From the NCBI RefSeq assembly GCF_006345805.1, contig NC_043001.1, forward strand, positions 105,896,001-105,960,000: a stretch of DNA of 64,000 bases, in the 5' to 3' direction. A program made the translations under genes and the position numbers. The stretch is from Octopus sinensis (taxonomy: Eukaryota). The notes beneath the pieces were generated by a model. It was not told the origin of the DNA. It searched no databases and worked only from the letters and a program-made list of their open reading frames with translations. Each line of letters begins with the position of its first letter. Positions within the stretch are counted from its first letter, which is position 1. This document shows positions 54,302 to 64,000 of this stretch, piece after piece.

Positions 54302-55444
54302 CGTAAAATGGGTTTGGCGAAGAGTAAATAATCCAATGTAAAGAAAAAGAAGACAAAGAAAATTCTTTAACGATATTTAACAACCAAAACTAATGTTGGA
54401 ATTCAAAGAATAAGCTGAATGATTTTCGAAACTTATATATTACCAGATATGGTTAAACTTATATGGGAGTTTTAGAAATGCATTCCTATATTCAACGAGG
54501 AATTGCTGCTTCAACGGTAAGATGAGAGGAATGTAATGAGCTTCTTGGACCATAAAGGACATGAATAATGTGTATTTGCTGTCAAGTCAGAAATATTGTA
54601 TTAGAAAATAGTAAGTATACACAGAGATATTTAGTCATCACTTACTTTATTTGCCACGACTTTACAATAGACATCGTCTGTAAAGAACATCATAATAGCT
54701 ACAATATGTAAACTCTCAGACAATTCTAAGAAAAAATACAAAGAATATATTACATCTGAGTATTAAATATTTATTGCAAAATATTCTAATGATCCACGCC
54801 ATCAAGTAACTATAAAGCTGTGATGTAGGTAACAGATAATATGATTAGCAGGGCGACAAAATAATAGAAATTAGCAATAATTTTAAAAACTAAAATCGAA
54901 CATTTTAAAGTAGCTTGTTAAGAAAATACATCTTATAAGTAAAGAAATTGGGTAGAGTGAAACTAGTTTAAATATTTAAAAAAAAAGGAAACAAGTAACA
55001 GCTGGAAATTCTAACATTTAAACCTAAGGCAAAAGATTGATTGTATTTAACCACGATTTAATTAAGGTACACAGCAATGTGTACAGAATGTGGAGCTACA
55101 AAAAATCCAGCAGAACAAAACCTAGAGAAAATCAATGAAAAGAAGGATCCAACGTAGGATCAATGATTATTTGTTATAAAGCGTGCAGATAGAGATTTTG
55201 TCAGAGTATCAGGTGAGAAGAAGAATTCTCAGATGTAAATCCAGGAAAATGTTGAACCATTCGAAGGGAAGTTATTCTTTCGTAAAATGATTGAACGGAT
55301 TGTGCCCTGTCCATCCATTATGATTGCTTTCACACAGCGAAAAGTGCATCCGGGCATTGACCATTTTTCAGCTTTGAAGGGTTATCTGATCACATTATAT
55401 AATGAGTATATATATGTATATGTGTGTGTATATGTGTGTATAGG

Positions 55445-55508
<64 letters not shown>

Positions 55509-56250
55509 TGTATGTACGTATGTATGTATGCATGTATGTATGTAAGTATGTATGTATATTTGTGTGTGTGAGAGTGTGTGTATATGTATACCTATGTATG
55601 TATGTATGTATGTATGTATGTATGTATGTATGTATGTATGTACTTATGTATGTATATATGTGTGTATCAGGTATAGTTTTCTTTCAAATATGGATGGACA
55701 AGTTTTCAAGGAGATTAGAGCAGATCCCATATTTGCGTGCGAAAGTAGCAATGTGAGAAAAGAGAATTATTTTCAGAGCTAAAGCAAATCCTTTCTAATG
55801 GAAATTAACAAAAACACATTCGCAATGTATCTCCTGAATATACAGAGAAATGAAAAGAAATATGAAAGCACATTGCTTCTGGGCACCCAATATTGATCAA
55901 AAGAGAATTTACAAAGGAATATACCACTGCTGGATGTATCAGTGACTGTCGACTAAGCCGACATTATGGAATATGAGGAAATGCGGAATCCTGTATATGA
56001 CAGATGTATGAATTGCAATGAGCGTACATGTATGAGAAAGATACCTGAATATAAGGATTAGAAACTGAATCCATCTCCAGAACAGAATACTTGGAAATAA
56101 AAGCAAGAAATGCATGGAAACAAAGAATTAGAATTCAAAGACTTACTTGCAAGCCATAACGAATATAGCACTTCTCTGTATATACATATTATACAGTATT
56201 ATCTAAATACAGCAGTAACCACAAAGGGATACTGAAACAAGGAATACAAC
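54300..56250 (+). pseudogene. Ancient RTE-like LINE relic, interrupted by a microsatellite at 55405-55665
   Basis: Only scattered motifs across many stops: KMIERIV...[11 protein letters not shown] (cf. ERxx..QxGFxPGxSTxDAIFxLR), KPTL...RIRN near 55950-56080. Weak. Confidence 0.4.
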
Positions 56251-57024
56251 GACAGCAGTTGGAGATGTATTGGATTCTTATTGAGCCAATCTACACGGGT
56301 AACAATAACAATAGAAATAAATGTTTCACTTCATTTGCTACACGGGCCAAGGTAGGGCAAGTGTTTCATTGTCTGTGTGTTTGCGCAAGTGCGTGTATGT
56401 GGACGAGTGCGCTCTGAATGCTGTTACTAGGGTGAAATCCGTTACGTATGTTCCGTTGTCTATTCGATGGTGACTAAACTCTGGAAGATCTAATACTCTA
56501 GGTTCTCATGAGCGTTTGTTTGAAAACTAAAAGGACCAGTGTAAGATCAGGTAAGCGAATAGATAAAGCTATATAAAAGACAACGATGATCAAACAACCT
56601 GTGGACAAAGAGTTCCTTCAGTTAATAAAAGAGCACTATTTATGAACATTTTTGAAAGGATCAATAGGGTTTGGCAAGATATCAGTTTAAAAGAACAATA
56701 TACTGTAGTAAACCGAAATCTAAATTATCAGAGATAACGTTGTTGTACAAAAAAAAATGAAAAAAATGACATCCAATCAATAAGAAAACTTTTGGAAATC
56801 TTAACAAGGTAGTATATGCACTTGCTGCCACGCAATACGTTTCACTTGCGTTATTTGATTCTTCTTTTTAAGGTGTAAGTGTTCAATCTAGCGTCCAACA
56901 TAGTAGGAGTTAAATGGTTGCATCCTCCGCACAGAATGATCGTTAGAAATATCATTAATAATATAAAAAGTGGTAACACAAAGTGTTCTATGTCATGGCT
57001 TTAAAATGTGCATCAAGAGCCGGC

Positions 57025-57225
57025 AGAAATGTTAGCAAGCCGGACAAGTTACTTAGCGCAAATTCATCCGTAGTCAGGCTCTCAGTTCAAATTCCTCCGT
57101 GGCCGACTTTGTCTTTCATCCTTTTGGGGCCGATGAAATAAGTATCTGTGAGAGTCCCAGGTTCGATGTAATCATCTTAACTTTCCTCTTGACATCTCTG
57201 GCCTTGTGCCAAATGTTGAAGCTAT
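57025..57225 (+). mobile_element. SINE family B copy
   Basis: GAGCCGGCAGAAATGTTAGC...CAGTTCAAATTCC...TTTCATCCTTTTGGGG...CTGGCCTTGTGCCAAATGTTGAAGC. Confidence 0.75.
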
Positions 57226-58716
57226 AATTATAGTGATGATGGTGTTTTATGCTACACCACTTGACAATATGACAAAGCTTCGATAGGAAAATTGATAGCA
57301 AATAAGAATGAATTATAGCGAGGGAAGATGTATCAATGCCAAGAGATAATCTTTATGTAGAAACTGCGTTATTAGCCTTGAGAGATCCTCTCTTATAGGC
57401 GTCTGTTGCATAAAAGCTCACACACAGGACGTAGTTGACTAGAATCCACTGTTATGGGAGCGGGATTTCCCATATTACGTGATTTCGGTCTACTACTGGA
57501 CCATCTCAGTTGAATGCCCCGGCCACTGCTTGCCAGTCAAACATGGCTACCACGATATTTAGAATACCAAAATCTTTTGCGACGTTGATGTGATTGATCC
57601 TTAGAAAAACATTAAAGATGCTATTTAATATTGTTCCCCAAAATGTACCTAACTTTTAAACTAGCATCTGACATATCTACATCGACTATGTTTGTTTGAA
57701 ATGTTGCAAATCAATTGTATCCGGAAGAACGAAATACTTAACAGGCATTTGCAGGAAATTTTCAAAGCTGAAAATTAAACACAAATGTGCAGAAAACAGG
57801 TATAAATTGGAAGTAAATAATTCTCACGAAATTAGAATATCTTTTTTTATAAATCATAGCAGCAAATATAAGACTTACAAACCGCATTTTATCTAAGACT
57901 CGATAACACAAAGAAATTTCCATAGTGACATCATAAAGATGTTCCTTATTCCGTAGACTATAATTTAATTTGATAGAATCTAATAAAGATCAATTTATTA
58001 TTGCTTAATCACATTTTTGTACCTAGTTGTTGTACAAAATCAATGAGATATACATTTTGAGCTAATTTAAATCTAGGGCTCACTTTCGTCCTTAAACCTA
58101 AGATGAGAATGGGATTAAACACCCATATCACGTCTCTAAATATCCACCTCACTTCGGTTTCATATCTTAAACCAAAATAAAATAGGACAATACTTTTGCC
58201 GCGCATAAATAAAATCAGTTTTCTTCGAACCACATTTGTGGGCAGAGCATGAATGAAAGTGCATAGCTGAAAGTAGAAAGTTCCAAATGAAAATGCATAT
58301 TCACCGTGCAAAAAAAAACGCAGGTCGGTCGTATGAACCAATTATGCTGCATAATCAATTGTATAAATAAAGACTAAAATATGGCGATGTACCAGTCGAA
58401 AATATTCATAATGCATTGAGATGATCCCAGGATCTGCCCATCGGAAAAATTACAGTTGGATCCGACGCCCTAAGTAATCTTAGGTGTTTCTTACAACTCG
58501 ATGCAGTTAGCTTGAAGTAGGACTATATCCGGGTGCTCGTATATATATGATTGGAAACCGAGAGGAGTGGCGACTTATTCACTTCCAAAATTTTTATTAA
58601 AAAGTTTTCTGCTGCATATATAACAATGACCAACATATGTTTCTGGTGCAGCAATTGCACATTGCCCAGTATGCAATTAGTCTTCCTAGTCGCTCGCTGC
58701 AAGCTTCATCAAGGAT

Positions 58717-58772
<56 letters not shown>

Positions 58773-58774
<2 letters not shown>

Positions 58775-59552
58775 ATATATGGAAAAACAAGTCAAGATAG
58801 AAAATGCTAAAATAATTTTATAAAGAACATTTCTGTACCGGTTTCAGTCATTTTGAGACCTTTTCAACTGTAACTATTAAATAATTAAATTTAGAAAAAT
58901 TAAAAGAAAAGATTTTTTAAAAGAATATTTGTATAGTGTTCAAATACAAGTGGCATTTTCCTTGTTTCTGCCTTTCTCTGTCTCTCTTGTTTACTCTTGT
59001 GGGTTCAAGGTCCATGTGAATTCTTGGTAGGGAAGAAGAAGAAGGAGGAGGGGGAGAAGGGGAGGAAGAATTTGGGATTGCCTTGATTGTCGTTGGTTTG
59101 TTTATAGAATTTGCGTAGGTGTTATACTAAAAAGTATAACACCTACGCAAATTCTATAAACAAACCTTTCAATAGAAATATTTTCATGAATTGAACAGCA
59201 GGAACTGCTAGCCACCACTGACCATCGACAATCAAGGCAATCCCAAATTCTTCCTCCCTTTCTCCCCCTTCTCCTCCTCCTCCTTCTTCTTCTTCCCTAC
59301 AAGAACTCACATTGACCATGACCCCACAGGAGTAAACAAGAGAGACAGAGAAAGGCAGAAACAAGGAAAATGCCTCTTGTATTTGAACACTATACAAATA
59401 TTCTTTTAAAAAAACTTTTCTTTTCATTTTTCTAAATTTAATTATTTAATCGTTACAGTTGAAAAGGTCTCAAAATGACTGAAAGTGGTACTGAAATGTT
59501 CTTTATAAAATTTTTTAGCATTTTCTATCTTGACTTGTTTTTCCATATATAT
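58773..59552. mobile_element. Foldback (inverted duplication) of a probable Penelope-like 3' end
   Basis: Arms 58773-59128 and 59133-59552 are reverse complements around a 4-nt spacer; the right arm has about 57 extra bp (59167-59223). Confidence 0.8.
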
Positions 59553-59596
59553 CAACTCGTGTGTACCTTTTCATCCTTATACATACATACATATAT

Positions 59597-61135
59597 GTAA
59601 ACAGGAAAACAGATCCCTCGCAGTCAACTATCGCCCAATCTCACTCACCTCCCACATCATTAAAGTGTTTGAAAGAGTGTTAAGATCAAGGATAGCTGAC
59701 TTCCTGTAGACCCACAAACTCCTAAATGCAAATCAGCATGGCTTTCGCTGTGGCAGGGACTGTCTAACACAGCTCTTACACCACATTGAAGATGTACTCA
59801 AAGCCTTGGGAAGAGGTTCGAACTCTGACGTCATATATCTTGACTTCAGTAAAGCGTTCGACAGGGTAGACCATAACATCCTACTCTCAAAATTGGCAAA
59901 TGTTGGAATCCGTGGAAAAGTTCTACACTGGATTAAGTATTTCCTGGCGAATAGAACACAACATGTTGTAGTTGATGGAGTCCACTCAAACCCAGCAAAA
60001 GTCACCAGCGGTGTTCCCCAGGGAACTATTTTGGGTCCGTTACTCTTCATAATTTACGTAAACGACCTTTCCAGTGTCGTACATTACTGCAAAGTGAAAA
60101 TATTTGCTGATGACACTAAGCTCCAGCAAATCGTCAATGAAGAAGCAGACCGAACTCAACTCCAGTCTGATCTATATGCTGTGAGTCAATGGGCAGACAG
60201 AAACAAAATGCAACTGAATGAGGGAAAATTTGAGCTGATGCATTTTGGAAGAAATTCCTCACTAAAACAACCATACTCTCTTCCTTCAGGGGAACCGCTG
60301 ACAGCCTCTAACAATATCAGAGACCTGAGTGTAATTGTTGATGACGATCTCAGTTGGAGTGCACACATCAACAAGAAGGTCGATATAGCTCGTAGGATGA
60401 GTTCCTGGATCTTAAGAACTTTCCGGTCCAGAGAACAAGGTGTCATCATACCACTTTTTTCTTCCTTTGTACGGCCACACCTTGAATACTGCTGCCCACT
60501 GTGGTCTCCTCATACAAGTCAAAACATATCCAGAATTGAGTCACCCCAGAGGGCTCTCACTAAACAAATTGAAGGCATGGCTGCTCTCGATTATTGGGAT
60601 CGCCTTAAAGCCTTGAAACTTTATTCCCTCCAGCGTCGCCGTGAGCGGTACATCATTTGTACGATGTGGAAAATATACCGCCAACTTTGCCCAAACGACC
60701 TAAACATTAGCTTCAAGGTTCATCCAAGACTTGGACCACGGGCTATACGTCCCCTGTCCAATTCAAGATCACAACATACATGTACACTGCAACATAATTT
60801 CTTTTCCTCAACAGGCCCTGCCCTATTTAACATTGTCCCCAGGGAAATCAAAGAGGAAAAGGATCCCATCAACTTTAAACAGAGTCTGGATAGATTCCTT
60901 CAAAGAATACCAGATAAGCCACCCATAATTGGATACAACTCACCCAACAAGAACTCATTACTTGAACAAAACTGGATACAACTCACCCAACAAGAACTCA
61001 CTACTTGAACAAAAATTGACTCAAACAAAACTTGACTTAAACAGGATTCGAATAATCCTATCAGGTGGTGCTATTAAGTTAGACATGGCCTGGACCAATC
61101 TTTGGTCGAAACATATCTAAGTTCATCTAAGTCTA

Positions 61136-61140
<5 letters not shown>
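59597..61140 (+). mobile_element. 5'-truncated CR1-group (CR1/L2/Crack-like) LINE
   Basis: RT from NYRPISLTSHIIKVFER, QHGFR (one stop near 59707) to the ORF end at 61008; 3' UTR with stem-loop and TCTAAG repeats; followed by (TA)n. Confidence 0.9.
59806..61008 (+). CDS. LINE ORF2 reverse-transcriptase portion (400 aa, lacks the endonuclease)
   Basis: YLDFSKAFDRV, SGVPQGTILGPLLF, FADDTKL, VRPHLEY, LYSLQRRRER motifs. Confidence 0.85.
   Translation: MGRGSNSDVIYLDFSKAFDRVDHNILLSKLANVGIRGKVLHWIKYFLANRTQHVVVDGVHSNPAKVTSGVPQGTILGPLLFIIYVNDLSSVVHYCKVKIFADDTKLQQIVNEEADRTQLQSDLYAVSQWADRNKMQLNEGKFELMHFGRNSSLKQPYSLPSGEPLTASNNIRDLSVIVDDDLSWSAHINKKVDIARRMSSWILRTFRSREQGVIIPLFSSFVRPHLEYCCPLWSPHTSQNISRIESPQRALTKQIEGMAALDYWDRLKALKLYSLQRRRERYIICTMWKIYRQLCPNDLNISFKVHPRLGPRAIRPLSNSRSQHTCTLQHNFFSSTGPALFNIVPREIKEEKDPINFKQSLDRFLQRIPDKPPIIGYNSPNKNSLLEQNWIQLTQQELTT

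Positions 61141-61215
<75 letters not shown>
61141..61215. repeat. (TA)n microsatellite
   Basis: Direct inspection. Confidence 0.95.
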
Positions 61216-61218
<3 letters not shown>

Positions 61219-63064
61219 CAAGGTTTGGAGATGATGTACAGATATTATATATTAGAAGAAATGAGGTACCCAGAAATTTGGATGGTTTTATATTTACAGA
61301 TATTTATTAGTATGTTACATGTTTTTAGATCTAGGGCTCACTTTCAAATAATAGCATTTCGTAAATCAAAACCATAATCAAAGAGATGGTTAAGTGTTAA
61401 AGCCTTCAGTTATATTCGTACCTCACCTAATTTCATATCCAATCTACTTTCATAGTCTTTAACGTGACAGATGTTGCACGAATGTGCTTTAACTCCACTC
61501 ATTTATTTCACATGATCCTGACTTTCTTTCTGATGTACTGAACTAGTATTTATATATTTGGCAAAAGTATTCATTGAGTCAGTAAAAGAAATTCTTATCT
61601 GCAACTATTTGTCAATAAAAGGAAGCAACATTGGGTTGACAGTTCAAAACAAAGCAAAAATTTCACATCCAGTCACACAAAATGAAAGCATACGAACTCT
61701 TTGGCAACGATGTGTACAATTCCTATTTCTGTTCTCTAACATGCATTTGGAAAACTACCAGAAGTTTGGACCGACTTCAACTATTTTTGGTATCAGCGGT
61801 CTCACTGCTTTTGCCCTTGAGAAGAATTCATTTATTTCCGCACATTTTCTTAATAAATCTTTGGAAATCAATTCTCTGATAACCTTCCGTGAGAAATAGC
61901 ATAAAATTAATTGCTGCTGTCGCTGTTGAAGTTATCGCTGATGTTAATTTAGTTGTAGTTCTTACTGCTTCGGCTGCTGCTGCTGCTGCTTTTGTATTAC
62001 CGTTTGTTTTCAATGTCCTCAGCTGCTTTCTTAATTGTATCACTTTGTGCTGTGCAGTTGTTGATTTCTACTCGTAGATCTTTGTCTGTTGGTTATTCTT
62101 AACATATCGAATGCTGCGGTTGATTCTTGTTGTTGTTAAGCAACAAGACAGGTAAGGGTGATTTCAGTGCGTCCGTTCTGTGGGTTGGGAGACGTCTGAC
62201 AGGTCGGGAGCGGAAGTCCACTTTTCCCAGATCTGAAGGACAAGGAGAGGGTCACTGGCCAGAGTGACTGGGAGGGTTCTGTCTATACCTCGTTCGATCT
62301 TGTAGAGCCAGTACCTGAGGTCCGGGTGAGTCTACTTGAAGTCTGCTGAGTGTTACCTGCTGCCTGGTTAGAGACGACGACGACGACGACCAATGCTGCT
62401 GCTGATGCCAAAACTGCAGCAATCAATATCAATTGTTGTAGACCAATTGCTTGATTCGTCTCTTTCGATAAGCTCTTGTGTTTCTCCGTGACATCGGCTG
62501 GTTTCTCAAATCCCATTCCATTTCAAACTGCTTGAACTCTCTGTTTGACATCTTTTGATTTTGTATTTTATTTTTGTTTTTCAGTTTCCGTTTCGTCATA
62601 TCGATTTGGTATCTGGGAATAATCTTGTGTGGGGTTTCCTCGGTTTTCCCCACTTGCCCCCCCCCCCCCGCGTTGTTGCAGGAACAATGTAGGATACTCT
62701 ACATATCATGTACTCTGATATGTAGGATACTCTGCATATCAAAAGCAAATGCTGCTGTGGGCACGGATAAGGTACCGGAAAGAGCAGGAATTGTTACTTA
62801 AATCCTTATTTCATTCTCATCGAATACATATGTTAAGGCGGAATGTTTCCCCACAAGCGAAGCATTCGATGTTCAGAGAATAGACAATACCACACGACAG
62901 CGTCTGATGCAAGAATTTTCCCCATGACATTCATCTGTAACTAAAACACGGAATGCAATAAACAAAACAGTTTTTTGTTAATATTTTAAATATTTTTCTC
63001 CGCACTCATCGAAAACTGTCCTTTTACAAAACATTCTATCATAAAGACACAACTGAGGAAGGTT

Positions 63065-63490
63065 TCAAATTGCGGCACATGGCTAGCAAATTTGAAACAG
63101 AGAGTAAGTGTTTTCATAACGCCCAGCTTTCAAGTGGTGTTTATGTTATAGATCTTAAGAAAAGGTGAAAGACAATTTCAACATGGCCGAAACTTTAACG
63201 CAGAACGTGAAGCCGGATGAAATGTTAAAAAGTATTATGTTCAGCGTGCTAACAATTCCGCTTGCTTGTCGCCTTGAAGAGCTCAGTTTCTAGGGCGACG
63301 AGCTGCCAGAATCGTTTGCACTCCGGGCAAAATTCTTACAGTATTTCGTCCACCACTACATTCTGAGTTCCAATTTTGCAGAGGTCAAATTTGCCTTTCA
63401 TCCTTTCGGGGTCAATTAGACAAGTACCAGTAACGCACTGGGATGGATGTAGTCGAATTAATCCGTTTCCCAAAGTCTGAGGCCTTGAGG
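63065..63490. mobile_element. Two divergent (head-to-head) SINE family B copies
   Basis: Degenerate minus copy about 63065-63275; plus copy about 63292-63490 starting GGGCGACGAGCTGCCAGAATCG. Confidence 0.7.
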
Positions 63491-64000
63491 TTCCTGTAGA
63501 AATTATTTTAGTAAGAGTTTCTAATTTCGCGACAACACCAGTAATTTTTTGTGGGTAGAGGCATTTGTAGAATTAATCGATAGTACCGATCCGAGTACTA
63601 GAATAATCTTACATGTTTCAGTCATTAGACTGCGGCCATGCTGGGACACTGCTTTGAAGAACTTTAGTCAAACGAACCGACCCCATTACTTTGTTATATT
63701 TTGCCGAACCACTAACTAGCGAAGAAGTAAAACCTAACACCTGTTTTCAATACTCGGTCTACCAAATCCATTCACAAGGTTTTGGTTGGCCTGAAGCTAT
63801 TGTAGGAGTCACATGCCCAAGGTGGAATGCAAGGGACTGAACCCACGTGGCTGAAAAGCAGACTTCTTGTCGCACAACCAACAGCCCTTTGGAGATAAAA
63901 AGTAATTTGATCTCAGTGAGGTTTGAACTCAGAATCCAAAAAGCCAGCGGAAATGTCGTAAATAGATTTTTCTCACGCTTTGATACTTTTGCGAATATTC

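Noticed and set aside
59733-60928. Extra ORFs overlapping the LINE RT (59733-60050, 60186-60449, 60731-60928)
   Set aside because: Antisense or alternate-frame shadows of the RT coding sequence.
62686-62745. Short tandem and nested palindromes (ATGTAGGATACTCT-CATATCA twice)
   Set aside because: Too short and isolated to assign a function; consistent with a local repair duplication.

Overview
AT-rich, microsatellite-dense animal genomic DNA with no recognisable host gene. The tRNA-derived SINE families look like those I recall from Octopus (OK/OR1/OR2 type), so an octopod cephalopod intron or intergenic region is likely; this is inference, not a database result. The window is a layered set of mobile-element relics: four SINE families (A-D); a 5'-truncated CR1-group LINE (the only long real ORF, 59806-61008); three R4/Dong-type RLE-LINE fragments associated with (TAA)n; a CRE-clade RLE fragment; an ancient RTE-like relic; Penelope-like (PLE) pieces (GIY-YIG fragment, pLTR-like tails with minimal hammerhead-like motifs, a ~780-bp foldback); a non-autonomous Helitron; pogo/Tigger-like MITEs; and Tc1/mariner relics. 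Most ORFs in the supplied track are microsatellite artefacts. The most interesting signals are: (1) minimal type I hammerhead-like motifs at 10233 and 46186 whose consensus restores the canonical core, plus a decayed tandem pair at 48783; (2) repeated foldback or inverted duplications at retroelement ends; (3) a SINE subfamily with a multimeric 184-bp body, inserted twice with TSDs; (4) a 3' stem-loop shared, with covariation, between the SINEs and the CR1-group LINE. All family assignments are by motif recall, and repeat boundaries are approximate.
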